A stretch of 64,000 bases of DNA from Cyanobacteria bacterium P01_A01_bin.123 (GCA_039815185.1 JBCBZT010000011.1:1-64000), one strand, 5' to 3'; numbered from the stretch's first letter, positions 1-10,356 are shown. Notes: a model not told the origin generated them from the sequence alone. Translations and numbers: made by a program.

Positions 1-139
1 GGGACTAGGACGACGGTACATCGGCAAGACAAGTGCAAGGGATTGAACCAATTATCGGCTTTTTCCTTGCACTTGAATCTCGCTTTTGATTCCCTAAAGC
101 TTTGTGCTGAAACTGTTACAGCTTTTTTCAGCAAACCCT
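1..139 (-). mobile_element. Left end of a probable IS5-family insertion sequence; transposase start at 21..1, truncated by the window edge
   Basis: Minus-strand ATG at 21 reads MYRRPSP, resembling the N-terminus of cyanobacterial IS5-type transposases. Terminal-IR-like AGGGTTTGCTGAAAAAAGC at 139..121. Perfect 11-bp inverted repeat at 30-40/65-75. Confidence 0.65.
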
Positions 140-223
140 AAATAAGGATTGGGATAATGGCATCCTATTTTAACCGTTGTGCCTAAAGCTAAAATAGGAT
201 GCTTGTTTCTACGTCTTAAGGCA

Positions 224-808
224 ATGGCCAAAGTCTTCGATTCAATTACCCCAGAGCTGCAAAGCTTTATCCAGCAGCAGCATCTTTTCTTCGTCGCTAG
301 TGCGCCTTTAACCCTTGACGGACATATTAACGTTTCACCCAAAGGGTTAGAAACCCTGCGTATCTTGTCGCCCCAACGGGTGGCCTACCTTGATCTGACA
401 GGCAGCGGCAATGAAACGTCGGCTCACCTGGCAGAAAATGGCCGCGTCACTCTCATGTTTTGTTCCTTTGAGGCCAAGCCGTGCATTTTGCGGCTCTATG
501 GCAAAGGACAAACCGTCTTACCTCACCACAAAGATTGGGACGCTCTGATAGCGCATTTTGAGGTTGAACCGGGTATGCGCCAAATTATTGTGACAGAGGT
601 TCATCGAGTACAAACTTCCTGTGGATTTGGGGTACCGCTATTTGACTATCAAGGCCAGCGAGATACATTGATTGACTGGGCCGAAAAAAAGGGAACTGTG
701 GGGTTGGAGGCGTATCGTCAAACTAAGAATTTGATCAGCATTGATGGATTTAAAACGCCTTTGGCACAAGACCAGGTGACTGATGAACGACTGCTTACTG
801 ACAAATAG
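224..808 (+). CDS. Pyridoxamine 5'-phosphate oxidase-related FMN-binding protein
   Basis: FFVASAP..GHINVSPKG, YLDLTGSGNETSAHLAENGRVTLMFCSF and VQTSCGFGVP motifs. ATG at 224 preferred to GTG at 179. Confidence 0.85.
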   Translation: MAKVFDSITPELQSFIQQQHLFFVASAPLTLDGHINVSPKGLETLRILSPQRVAYLDLTGSGNETSAHLAENGRVTLMFCSFEAKPCILRLYGKGQTVLPHHKDWDALIAHFEVEPGMRQIIVTEVHRVQTSCGFGVPLFDYQGQRDTLIDWAEKKGTVGLEAYRQTKNLISIDGFKTPLAQDQVTDERLLTDK

Positions 809-2603
809 TGTAGTAGCTGGGTAAGTCAATTTCATCTTGGGCTTCTGGGTCGATTTTGTTGGTGATCCAGACAGATTGATAGGGATGCAGCGTATAGGAA
901 GCTTGGATGTCGTCGAAGCGATCGCCGCTGATTAAGTCATGCCAAGTATCTGTACCCACTAGATTAAGATCGGCTAGCCGCAGTTCTTGGGGTTGATCGC
1001 TTAAGTTATGGATTGAGAAAATGCTTTGGTCGCGGGTAATACTTTGCCGCCAAAAAGCAAATAAAGCTCTATTCAGGGGATGCAGGGTGTACTGGGTTGC
1101 ATTGGGATGAAAGGCTCCTTGAAGGCGGCGAATCCGAATCAACCGATTCAGTTCAGTAAGTACGATTGATTGAGCCGATTTGGGATCAGTTAGTCTTTTC
1201 TCCAAGTCTGCGTAGTCCCAGCGGTGGCGATTGATTGAGCGGTTGCGCCCCGTTTTTGCCAGGTTGTCCAAGTCATTCGGGGTAGCCAGTAGGCTATGAA
1301 TATAAAATGCAGGAATCCCCTCTAAGGACATCATGATGGTCTGAGAGCAAATAAACCGCTCAACTTGCCACCGATCCTTGCCCTTAACCGTCCCGCTTAA
1401 GGCATCAAATAAGGAAATATTGATTTCGTAAGGGCTTTCGCTACCGTCCGAGCGCTTGCGCATACTAATGCGCCCGCCGAACTTTTTCATGGTTTCAAGC
1501 AAGTCAATATACTCATTTTCGGTGAGTAGACCTTCTGCAGGCCGCAACCCGATGCCGTCGTGGGAGGCAGTGAAATTAAAATAAGCACACCCCATAGGCG
1601 CTGGGGGCATGCTCATCATCCAAGTTTTAAGGTGATCGGAGCGACCCTGTAGCAGGGCATTTAACAACAGCGGGGGCAAGCTGAAGTTGTAGATCATATG
1701 TGCTTCGTTGCGATTGCCAAAGTAACTCAGGTTTTCGCGGTTGGGCACATTGGTCTCAGTAATTAAGGCAATGCCGGGATCAATGAGCTGCAAAATTTCA
1801 CGGAAGACGCGAATCAAGGCATGGGTTTCGCGGAGATGAATGCAGGGGGTACCGATTTTTTTCCACAGAAACCCAACCGCATCTAAGCGTACATATCTGG
1901 CCCCGGCGTTAACGTAGAACAGTAAAATCTTGATGTATTCAATTAAGACATCAGGATTGGCAAAGTTAACGTCAACTTGGTCTTCGCTAAACGTCGCCCA
2001 AACCTGTTTTTCACCATTAACCGTATCGACTTTGACCAGCAGTGGGCTGCTGCGGGGGCGCACAACCTGAGCCAGCGCTTCTGAAGTCTCTGCTTCAATG
2101 AAGTAATCACAACCGGGTTTGGTGCCTGCTTTGTAGTCTTGAAACCAGCGACTTTGACTAGAAATATGATTAACCACAAAGTCAACCATGAGGTTAAACT
2201 TTGTCGCGATCGCTTTAACATCATCCCAAATCCCCAATTCTGGATTGACTTCAAGATAGTCAATCACAGCAAACCCATCGTCTGAGCTATAGGGAAAGAA
2301 GGGTAGAATATGAACCCCTGTAATCGACTCCATTAGATAGGTGGATAGAAATTTTTCTAGGGTTGCCAGAGGCGACTCGCCTGACTCCGCACTGCTGCAA
2401 ATACTGTCACCATAGGTGATGAGCAAGATATTATCTTGACTCCATTTGCCGAGATCTTCTTCACCATGATCACCCACATAAGGTTCCAACAGCAGCAGTA
2501 ACTCTTGGGTCAGGTAGGTTGCTGTTTCTGCCCCATACACAAGGGTTAACAAGGGCTCAACTCGATCATCGAATTTGGTCGTTAGCTTGCTTGATGTCAA
2601 CAT
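795..2603 (-). CDS. GH13_18 sugar phosphorylase, probably glucosylglycerate phosphorylase
   Basis: LITYGD, HILPFFPYSSDDGF, nucleophile RLDAVGF, ITETNV, ASHDGIG. The YEIN and TETN residues favour glucosylglycerate over sucrose specificity. Confidence 0.8.
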   Translation of the reverse strand: MLTSSKLTTKFDDRVEPLLTLVYGAETATYLTQELLLLLEPYVGDHGEEDLGKWSQDNILLITYGDSICSSAESGESPLATLEKFLSTYLMESITGVHILPFFPYSSDDGFAVIDYLEVNPELGIWDDVKAIATKFNLMVDFVVNHISSQSRWFQDYKAGTKPGCDYFIEAETSEALAQVVRPRSSPLLVKVDTVNGEKQVWATFSEDQVDVNFANPDVLIEYIKILLFYVNAGARYVRLDAVGFLWKKIGTPCIHLRETHALIRVFREILQLIDPGIALITETNVPNRENLSYFGNRNEAHMIYNFSLPPLLLNALLQGRSDHLKTWMMSMPPAPMGCAYFNFTASHDGIGLRPAEGLLTENEYIDLLETMKKFGGRISMRKRSDGSESPYEINISLFDALSGTVKGKDRWQVERFICSQTIMMSLEGIPAFYIHSLLATPNDLDNLAKTGRNRSINRHRWDYADLEKRLTDPKSAQSIVLTELNRLIRIRRLQGAFHPNATQYTLHPLNRALFAFWRQSITRDQSIFSIHNLSDQPQELRLADLNLVGTDTWHDLISGDRFDDIQASYTLHPYQSVWITNKIDPEAQDEIDLPSYYTICQ

Positions 2604-3087
2604 AATCAGTTTGAATTCAGCAACGGTCTCAACGTGCCAATGGCATAGCTTTGGGTATGCATCCCAGGTTTTAACTGTTCGCTAGAAGCCAGGATGCACA
2701 CAAAGGGGAGTCAGGGATGCACGCTTTGAGGTCAGCCAGGATAGTCAGCTATAGCGTTGTTTAGGCTGCGATAGCTGGATTTAGAATAGAGGCTGTGGTT
2801 TGTCGAAAAAGTATTGTGATTTTCATTTAGAATGACGCGGAGCCGAAAAAAGACAAAGTTCGACTACCCTAACGCTGAGTCAGCGCAGGGCTGCGTTTAT
2901 TTACCTAAGCTTAAGTTTGTAGCGCGAATAGATGCATAGCATTCAGCCATGCTGACAAGGCGATCGCTCACCTTCATAACCCCTGAATTTTTGGAACCTA
3001 CAAGGATTGATTTTGTTCCAAGCAGAGGTTAATGCGCGAAAAACCTTGTAAGTTATTAGGAGTCGAAACTCTCGAACTCTGCAATCC

Positions 3088-3735
3088 CTAGCGGAGGTGG
3101 GCAAACCGCCGTTGGGGTGAAGGCTGGGGTAGTCTCAGAATTAGGTGGCGCTGATCAGTCATGAGCCAACCTTCATCTTTAAAGTCTTTCAGCAGACGCG
3201 TCACGGTCACTCGTGTGGTGCCAATGGCGGTAGCCAACTGATGATGAGTCAGCCGCACAGAAATCCGTATGCCTCGATCTTCCTGCTGTCCAAACTCTTC
3301 AGCAATTAGCATCAACAGGTGTCTGAGCCGATCGGTAACCAGGCGCTTGCCAGCCAACGCTAGCCACGCTTCCGCCTGCTGGAGCCTGAGGGTCAAGTTG
3401 CGAAACAACCCTGCCGTCAGCACGGGTGAAGACTCTATCTCTGCCAGGGAAAGGGGAAGCACATCCACATCGGTCAAGGCTTGGGCCCAGTAAGGCTCTA
3501 CAGTCGTCAAACTTAAACCAATGGGAGCTGATGGCCCAGCCAGACCCAGCAATGTTTCGCTGCCATCGGGTTGAATCGTAAAAAGCTGCACTACCCCTCG
3601 GCATACTACCACCACCTCTTCTGAGCGCAACGAAATCGAACGCCCTGCCAGGTAAGGGGTCAAGGTACGCTCTCGATAGAGCTGCTCCAGTACCTCAACA
3701 AACTCCCTGCGCGCATGGGTCTGGGTGGATAGCAT
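3088..3735 (-). CDS. Crp/Fnr-family transcriptional regulator (possibly PtrA-like)
   Basis: N-terminal cNMP-binding-like barrel; C-terminal HTH LTHHQLATAIGTTRVTVTRLL. Confidence 0.88.
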   Translation of the reverse strand: MLSTQTHARREFVEVLEQLYRERTLTPYLAGRSISLRSEEVVVVCRGVVQLFTIQPDGSETLLGLAGPSAPIGLSLTTVEPYWAQALTDVDVLPLSLAEIESSPVLTAGLFRNLTLRLQQAEAWLALAGKRLVTDRLRHLLMLIAEEFGQQEDRGIRISVRLTHHQLATAIGTTRVTVTRLLKDFKDEGWLMTDQRHLILRLPQPSPQRRFAHLR

Positions 3736-3778
3736 AGCTTTTTAGTATTGCTGCATTCACTGCTATCATCATCGGTTG

Positions 3779-3819
3779 CGATTAAGGTCTCAGAATGAAA
3801 AGGTTAAATCTTGATAAAG
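3779..3819 (-). promoter_or_regulatory. Putative Pho box (SphR/PhoB) array
   Basis: Minus-strand octamers at an 11-bp period: CTTTATCA, TTTAACCT, CATTCTGA (poor), CTTAATCG. Consensus is YTTAAYY(T/A). Confidence 0.5.
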
Positions 3820-3882
3820 GATTGCCATCTACGATTCATTCTATGGGTGTTTCTAGCCTGTCATCAACATTAACACCCACCA

Positions 3883-5634
3883 TTAGTTGGCTGATGAATG
3901 CTGATCATGCAGCCAGCGCCAGCAGGGAATAAAGTAGGTGGCCAACACATCATCAACTTGCCAAAACTCGGCGTAACTGTCGAGGCAGCAATAACTGCTG
4001 ATAAACACGATGAGCAAATCTTGGAAAGGGAACGGCCCTGGCCGAGCTAACTCTGGGTCGGTATAGAGACAGTTGATCACATTTTGCAGCTGCAGCAGAT
4101 TGCTGGCAATTTGGGTAAATAGCCCGGACTGGTTGGAAATGGTTGGTAGATAAAGGGCTTGATATTCTGTCAAAAAAAGTTGATAGAGTTGCGCGATCGC
4201 ACCCTTTAGTCCAGTCTGCAATGTCAACGCATCAACGGGAGCACCCTGAGTTTGCCAATGGGCCAGCACGTCGGTTTCTAGAGGGCACGGTTCTATCACC
4301 GACAAATTGAGCGCCAACAGCGGTTGCAACACGCGTAAAAACAGGAAATCTAGATCGCCTAAGCTCAGATCAAAATTAGTGGGATGTTGCTTAAATAGTG
4401 AAGACCCTGGTAGCGCTTTTGCATTATCAGGATTAGTCCAAATGAACTTAAATTCAGCCACATCTGCCACAATTTCGCCAATCAGGTGAGTAAACAGCAA
4501 CCCTAAGCGCTGACGAACCTCCGCATGGAAAAATTGGCGGGCTTTGGCTTCGTCTAAGCGCACCTGGGACAGATCAGGGGCAACCAACTCAAACAGATCG
4601 AAGCAGGTGAGCGGCCCGGCAGCCGTGTAAGCCGTTTCGCCAGCGCGGAGGGGCTCATGGCAGTCAGCTAAGATGGCGTAGTCCCCTTCAAATTGGGTTA
4701 ATACTAATTGCCAATAATGCCCCCAAATATCGTGGAGTAGAAAGGCTTCAGCATCGGCGACAGGTAATACACCGACAGTTTGTGCCATTGCCTGCACAAC
4801 CTGGGTGGAGGAACAGTTAGCTTTTTGCCCAATTCTGTTAGCCCAGGCTGAATCAATATGGACGGGGTTACAGGGGCCAAAGGTAGGGAATCGACGGAAT
4901 TTGGCGAAGCTAAAATTGCTAAGGCTGTTTTGCAATGCCCTTAACTTCTCTAGATTGTCGGCGTCGACGCCGTCCCAACCCTGACTCGGGTCATCAATCG
5001 CTGGGGGAAAATCGAGGCAAAAGTAAAACTGGAGGGGTGTATAGATACAGTGGATTTTGTCAACCGGAATCTGAATCTCAAACAACGCCTGGAATAAGAC
5101 CGCGATCGCGGTCTTTGATAAAGCCCCAGTCCCATCTCCAGCATCAGCATCAGCCAAAATCGCTTGCATAATCGCACGCTGTTGCCGCAGACGCTCGTCT
5201 ACGGTTGTCAGTAGTTGGGTTAAACTCGCTTCAAACTCAGCGCCTAATTGAAACTGCTGGTTCCATTGAGCGATCGCGCCCGGTTCTTTCCAACCCTCTG
5301 GAATCGGATCAGGATGATAGTTACTTAGCGTCGGGGAGGCCAAAGTGCCCTGCCAGCCGACACCCCCAGCCTGGTGATAGCGGGTCACCAACAGCACCGC
5401 CCGCACAAAGGCTTGACGCACCGTCAGGGGAATTTGCTCAAGCGGCAGGCGATCGCGACAGATGGGATGCGTAAACGACTCTAACGCCACTTGAATTTGT
5501 CGCAGGCGATCGCGCCGCCGCTCAATCACCGAGGCTTCAGTGTGGGAACGGTTGCCAAACACCAGGCAGCGAGCCAAATCCAATGCCTCAGCGAGTAAGT
5601 TGCACTGCTGTTGAGTTGGGGTTGGGATGGACAT
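3883..5634 (-). CDS. Hypothetical protein with a possible metal-binding HDIWGH motif
   Basis: Long ORF. ATG at 5634 overlaps the upstream TGA (TGATG coupling). Confidence 0.75.
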   Translation of the reverse strand: MSIPTPTQQQCNLLAEALDLARCLVFGNRSHTEASVIERRRDRLRQIQVALESFTHPICRDRLPLEQIPLTVRQAFVRAVLLVTRYHQAGGVGWQGTLASPTLSNYHPDPIPEGWKEPGAIAQWNQQFQLGAEFEASLTQLLTTVDERLRQQRAIMQAILADADAGDGTGALSKTAIAVLFQALFEIQIPVDKIHCIYTPLQFYFCLDFPPAIDDPSQGWDGVDADNLEKLRALQNSLSNFSFAKFRRFPTFGPCNPVHIDSAWANRIGQKANCSSTQVVQAMAQTVGVLPVADAEAFLLHDIWGHYWQLVLTQFEGDYAILADCHEPLRAGETAYTAAGPLTCFDLFELVAPDLSQVRLDEAKARQFFHAEVRQRLGLLFTHLIGEIVADVAEFKFIWTNPDNAKALPGSSLFKQHPTNFDLSLGDLDFLFLRVLQPLLALNLSVIEPCPLETDVLAHWQTQGAPVDALTLQTGLKGAIAQLYQLFLTEYQALYLPTISNQSGLFTQIASNLLQLQNVINCLYTDPELARPGPFPFQDLLIVFISSYCCLDSYAEFWQVDDVLATYFIPCWRWLHDQHSSAN

Positions 5635-7214
5635 CAATTAACCCGTACTAATCGAATTTCGGTGCGCTGGTTTTGGGCATCCTGGGGGGCAATGCCGGGT
5701 AACGGTTCGCTGAAGCCTTTGCCCTCTGCCACGATGTTGTGTTGAATGCCTTTGCTGCGCAGGTAATCGACCACTACCTGGGCGCGGTTTTGGCTGAGCT
5801 GTTGATTTAAGGCCGCACCGCCCGTTTGTGAGGTGTGACCGATCACGCGTACAGCGACGGTTTGGGGGTTAAATTCTTGAATTTCTGCAGCTAACGCGTC
5901 GAGGGTTTGTTGTCCGGCGGCGGTCAGTTGAGCCGAGCCAGTCCCAAAGTCCACTTGTCCTTTGACATCGAGATTGCCAATGTCTGGAGCAGCCTGCACT
6001 TGCTCGGCGCTAACCTCAGGAATCGCAATAGTTTGGGCGTTGTTGCCAGAGAGTCGATCGGCCAGTTCAGGGTTGTCTGCTCGCACCAATTCAATCAGGG
6101 TGTTGGTATTGGTGGCTGCTTTGGTGAGGTAATCGGCAGTGTACAACTCTTCTGGATTTGAGGGGATGCTGTTCATCCGACCGGAGAGGACTAAAACTGC
6201 CGCGATCGCCTCGATGCGCGTTTTGAGGGTGCCATCCTGCATCCAATCTTTGGCTTCGGTCGCAGTAAAGAAATCAATTCCCTGTAATACAGCGCCGGCA
6301 TCCGTGGGCGACAAGCCCCCGTCTTCGGCAATCTGGGTCTGCAATTGTGATGAATCGCGGACATTAGCATCAATGCGGCGATAGTAAGCTTCCAAAAGTT
6401 CGGAAACCTGCTCGGGTTTGGACTGAAGCAGGCGATCGCTGGCCACAACAACATCCACAATTGAACCTGGCGCATCTTGACTGGAGAGCACTACCGTATG
6501 GCCTTGCTGTTTGGCCTGGGTAATGAAGGGTTCCCAAAGCACCGCGATCGCCACATTATTCGCCGGATCTTGCATCAGTGTCCAGGCTTCTGAGGCATCG
6601 GCAACTTTGACCACTTCAAAATCTGACAGATTGAAGGCTTCAAATTTGGTGTCTAATACTAGCGCTAAATATTCGCTGGGGGTATCTCCGGCATAGACTA
6701 CCTTTAGGGATTGCCCTTGAGCCTGAGCCTGCTGCAGCAACGTACTGACATCTTGCAGTGATTTCAGATCGCCATATTGCTTGGTATTGAGCACCACTGC
6801 ATCAGCCCCAATAGTGCGGTCAATCAAACCAACAATTTTACCTTGGGGCTGCTGTTGGAGAAACTGATCAAGGGTGGTCACCATCAGGTCCGCTTCTCCC
6901 TGACTCAGCTTCTGGGCTCGTACCGCCTGGTCAAATTCATCTTCGTATTGCAGACCCAGGCCAAATTCCGCCAACACTTCCTGAAATTCTGAGCTGCGAA
7001 AAGTGCTATAGCCGCTAAACGTGTCACCCAATAGGGTCAGCTGGGTTGAGGATCTCGGCGTTGTGCCACCGCTATTGTTGGGCTGCTGCCCCGTGATCCC
7101 ACTGACAATGCCAGGCGAAGTCTTATTCAGATACCATACGCCACCCCCAACCAAGCCTGAGGTGATCAATAACGTCAACAGTAGGGCTGGAGTACTATTT
7201 TTTGATTTGCTCAT
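5634..7214 (-). CDS. Membrane-anchored substrate-binding domain fused to an OmpA-like peptidoglycan-binding domain
   Basis: N-terminal TM helix; SBP motifs DTFSGY, DRTIGADA, VLWEP; OmpA-C motifs VIGHT..NQQLSQNRA..NQRTEI. Start at ATG 7214. Confidence 0.85.
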   Translation of the reverse strand: MSKSKNSTPALLLTLLITSGLVGGGVWYLNKTSPGIVSGITGQQPNNSGGTTPRSSTQLTLLGDTFSGYSTFRSSEFQEVLAEFGLGLQYEDEFDQAVRAQKLSQGEADLMVTTLDQFLQQQPQGKIVGLIDRTIGADAVVLNTKQYGDLKSLQDVSTLLQQAQAQGQSLKVVYAGDTPSEYLALVLDTKFEAFNLSDFEVVKVADASEAWTLMQDPANNVAIAVLWEPFITQAKQQGHTVVLSSQDAPGSIVDVVVASDRLLQSKPEQVSELLEAYYRRIDANVRDSSQLQTQIAEDGGLSPTDAGAVLQGIDFFTATEAKDWMQDGTLKTRIEAIAAVLVLSGRMNSIPSNPEELYTADYLTKAATNTNTLIELVRADNPELADRLSGNNAQTIAIPEVSAEQVQAAPDIGNLDVKGQVDFGTGSAQLTAAGQQTLDALAAEIQEFNPQTVAVRVIGHTSQTGGAALNQQLSQNRAQVVVDYLRSKGIQHNIVAEGKGFSEPLPGIAPQDAQNQRTEIRLVRVN

Positions 7215-7583
7215 TGATAGAGAGAAACAATATTGAGGATTGCTACAACCGACCGACATCCAATTCCTGAAAACAGCGGTCAATACTTGACTCTGTCATA
7301 CCTGGCTCTAATATGCCCCAACCCCCAGGTCACCAAGCGTTAAGTCAGCGGTTATTTGACAAATGAGTCAGATCCCTGACAGCACAAGGAAAACACAGAG
7401 GACTCGTAAATCTTCATCAAAGCTCAAAAACACCCCAGGGGTTTCGCCCGATCTCACAACATTACGCAACAATCTAGCAATTTTTAGATTATTCTCTCTC
7501 GAAGGATTGCAATTCGTTCAAAAAAAGGTTGTTTTTATTAACTTTGTCTAATCAAACTTAAGCGGATGATGAATCACTCTCTA

Positions 7584-7670
7584 TACTGAAATCAATTCAA
7601 AGCAAATACTGCTTGCGAGCGTGAATCCGACAATTAGTGAGTAATGGATCGCTTGCTACTGAAATCAATT
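7584..7670 (+). repeat. 14-bp direct repeat TACTGAAATCAATT (7584 and 7657)
   Basis: Exact copies 73 bp apart in a divergent intergenic region. Confidence 0.7.
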
Positions 7671-7783
7671 TAAGCCGAATTAAAGTCAATTAAAGCAACG
7701 TGTGGGAGTAAACCTGAAATCGGTGCGTTTTTGCTGATCCCAAGCTATAAACGCTGCGTATCCCCAATATTTAGGAGAATTCT

Positions 7784-8173
7784 ATGTTAGTTACACAATC
7801 GCAAAAGTTGAATAAGTTTGCAATTTTATCAACCATTAAGAGTTTTTTGATTTGGGCGATTCTCTTAGAGGTTTGCTTCTTGGTTGTGGGATTCCCCTTA
7901 GTTACTTTGATTATTGCAACAGCAGCAATCGTCGCGATCGCCCTGCAATCAGTCATGACCGCAAGCGCAGTTTTATGGGTCGTTTCCATCGTTATTGGGG
8001 CTAATCTATTGGCCGTGTTACTGACTGCTGCTAGCTTGAGTTTGAAAGGGATCCATCCCCATGAAGTGAGTTGGCTCGGCTGGTTGACCCAAGACGATGC
8101 AGACCAGCTTATCCCTCGCTATCCAGCTTGCCCTTTGACCTGTGCTCTAACCCCTGTGCGGGTTAACGCTTAG
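7784..8173 (+). CDS. Small membrane protein of unknown function
   Basis: RBS AGGAG; two to three hydrophobic segments; C-terminal YPACPLTC. Confidence 0.75.
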   Translation: MLVTQSQKLNKFAILSTIKSFLIWAILLEVCFLVVGFPLVTLIIATAAIVAIALQSVMTASAVLWVVSIVIGANLLAVLLTAASLSLKGIHPHEVSWLGWLTQDDADQLIPRYPACPLTCALTPVRVNA

Positions 8174-8220
8174 GCCAACCCCGCTCCAATACCTCTAAAT
8201 TGATCCTAGATGCCTTACAT

Positions 8221-8250
8221 GAGCCCGTCAGCGATCGCTGGCGGGCTTTT
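8221..8250 (+). terminator. Intrinsic terminator centred on HIP1
   Basis: GAGCCCGTCA-GCGATCGC-TGGCGGGCTTTT. Confidence 0.7.
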
Positions 8251-8469
8251 CATTGCGGTCTAAAACAGCTGATATCGCGATCGCCAATTGCGTTAGCACA
8301 GACTTGAACTATCATTCCCCCTTCGGATAAGAACTGAGGCGGAAGTTCGGGCAATCCGTAGACTATCCGGGAGGATTCACACTGAGAATCACGGACAAAA
8401 TTGTAATCGGTTTGACAAAATCCATCTGTATCCCCCCACCACTGTGCTACTCTGGAAGAGTTGTCTAAA

Positions 8470-8540
8470 TTCGCACATCCAGGATTTCGGGTGTTTCTTA
8501 ACTTTAGAAATCCGCCTGGGTGGAGGCTAAACCCGAAAAA
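8470..8540 (+). ncRNA. rpsB (S2) autoregulatory leader, t44-like
   Basis: CACA...TGGAGG frame with complementary TTTCGGGT (8485) and ACCCGAAA (8531), directly upstream of the rpsB RBS. Confidence 0.7.
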
Positions 8541-8550
8541 GGAGAAATTC

Positions 8551-9420
8551 ATGCCTGTTGTTCAATTGGCTCAATTACTTGAGTCAGGAGTTCACTTTGG
8601 CCACCAGACTCGACGCTGGAACCCAAAGATGGAATCCTACATCTTTACCGCTCGTAATGGCGTTCACATTATCGACCTAGTGCAAACCGCCAGGTTGGTT
8701 GACGAGGCTTATCACTACATTCGTAGCGCCTCTGAAAAAGGTCAGAAGTTTTTGTTTGTCGGCACCAAGCGCCAAGCAGCAGGGATTGTGGCTCAAGAGG
8801 CTGCTCGCTGCGGGGCTTATTATATTAATCAGCGCTGGCTGGGTGGCATGTTGACCAACTGGGCCACCATTAAGACCCGTGTTGATCGGCTTAAAGATTT
8901 AGAGCGGATGCGCGACACAGGTGCCCTAGCACTCCGCCCCAAGAAAGAGGCTGCTGTGCTTCGCCGGGAACTTGAAAAACTCGACAAGTACCTTGGTGGC
9001 ATCAAGTTAATGCGCCGCATTCCTGATGCAGTTGTGATTGTTGACCTCCGCCGGGAATATAACGCCGTTCAAGAGTGTCAAAAGCTCGGCTTGCCAATTA
9101 TCTCGCTGCTGGATACCAACTGCGACCCTGATGTCGTGGATATTCCGATTCCCGCCAATGACGACGCGATTCGCTCGATTAAACTAATCTTGGGCAAGTT
9201 GGCTGACGCTATCTATGAAGGCTCCCACGGTCAGCTTGCAGATGACGAAGACATCTATGATGATTACGAGGGCGCTGAAGCAGAATACGATTACGATGAT
9301 GAAGATGTGCCAGACGCATCTGAAGATAGTGACAGCGATAGCAGCGACAGCGGTAGCGACAGCAGCGATAGCGATAGCGACAGCAGCAACAGCGATAGCG
9401 ATAGCGGTACCGAAAACTGA
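8551..9420 (+). CDS. rpsB: 30S ribosomal protein S2 with an acidic Ser/Asp tail
   Basis: [42 protein letters not shown] before ATG 8551. Confidence 0.98.
   Translation: MPVVQLAQLLESGVHFGHQTRRWNPKMESYIFTARNGVHIIDLVQTARLVDEAYHYIRSASEKGQKFLFVGTKRQAAGIVAQEAARCGAYYINQRWLGGMLTNWATIKTRVDRLKDLERMRDTGALALRPKKEAAVLRRELEKLDKYLGGIKLMRRIPDAVVIVDLRREYNAVQECQKLGLPIISLLDTNCDPDVVDIPIPANDDAIRSIKLILGKLADAIYEGSHGQLADDEDIYDDYEGAEAEYDYDDEDVPDASEDSDSDSSDSGSDSSDSDSDSSNSDSDSGTEN
9325..9405 (+). repeat. Coding low-complexity GAYAGC repeat (Ser-Asp tract)
   Basis: Encodes [27 protein letters not shown]. Confidence 0.9.
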
Positions 9421-9436
9421 GCCAAGTTTTAATTGA

Positions 9437-9472
9437 GGATCATCGATTTCTCTAAAGAGAAATCGATGATCC
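9437..9472. other. Perfect 16-bp hairpin between rpsB and tsf
   Basis: GGATCATCGATTTCTC-TAAA-GAGAAATCGATGATCC. Confidence 0.8.
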
Positions 9473-9547
9473 AAAAACTGGGGCAAAGTTTCAGCCTCCC
9501 TGAATACTGACGTTAGCAAGGTAATTAGCATTAGGACCTAGGGCACT

Positions 9548-10207
9548 ATGGCGGAAATTTCTGCAAAGCTCGTCAAAGAACTGCGCGACAAGACCGGCGC
9601 AGGCATGATGGATTGTAAAAAAGCACTCAAAGAAAACGACGGTGATATGACCAAAGCCGCTGAATGGTTGCGGCAGAAAGGCATCACCTCGGCGGCTAAG
9701 AAAGAGGGTCGGGTTGCGGCTGAAGGGTTAGTTCATAGCTATATTCACACGGGCGGTCGTGTTGGCGTTCTGGTCGAAGTGAACTGTGAAACAGACTTTG
9801 TAGCCCGGCGTGACGAATTTAAGGCTTTGGCTCAAGACGTTGCGATGCAAATCGCAGCTTGTCCTAACGTTGAATATGTCAAAACTGACGATATTCCGAC
9901 CACCATGATCGAAACCGAAAAAGCGATCGAGATGGGGCGGGATGATTTAGCTAAAAAGCCTGAAAATATTCGTGAGAAGATCGTTCAAGGCCGCATCGAC
10001 AAACGGTTGAAAGAACTATCCCTACTCGACCAACCCTTCATTAAAGACCAAAACATTACCGTTGAAGAGCTAGTTAAGCAGAGCGTGGCTAAACTGGGTG
10101 AAAATATTCAAATTCGCCGCTTTTCGCGATTTGTCTTGGGTGAAGGCATTGAGAAAGAAGAGTCTAATTTTGCCGACGAAGTAGCTGCACAAGCGGGGCT
10201 TAAATAA
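9548..10207 (+). CDS. tsf: Elongation factor Ts
   Basis: [29 protein letters not shown]; directly follows rpsB. Confidence 0.98.
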   Translation: MAEISAKLVKELRDKTGAGMMDCKKALKENDGDMTKAAEWLRQKGITSAAKKEGRVAAEGLVHSYIHTGGRVGVLVEVNCETDFVARRDEFKALAQDVAMQIAACPNVEYVKTDDIPTTMIETEKAIEMGRDDLAKKPENIREKIVQGRIDKRLKELSLLDQPFIKDQNITVEELVKQSVAKLGENIQIRRFSRFVLGEGIEKEESNFADEVAAQAGLK

Positions 10208-10296
10208 GGGTATCTGACTGAAGTCAGCCTCTCTTCTTCCCAGATAGATTCCAAACGTAATCCATCTCAAACATCGCCCGATAGCCTCATTTCCCG

Positions 10297-10330
10297 GAAT
10301 CCCCCTTTTGCAAATGCAAAAGGGGGATTC
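10297..10330. terminator. Hairpin terminator between convergent tsf and the aminotransferase
   Basis: GAATCCCCCTTTTGC...GCAAAAGGGGGATTC. Confidence 0.7.
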
Positions 10331-10356
10331 TATGTCGCCTCTTGTAAACCTCGCCC

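Noticed and set aside
8461..8550. N-terminal extension of S2 from TTG 8461
   Set aside because: This is the structured leader; the RBS and the conserved N-terminus point to ATG 8551.
9184..9531. Ala/Ile/Thr-rich ORFs overlapping the rpsB end
   Set aside because: Other-frame readings of the Ser-Asp repeat.
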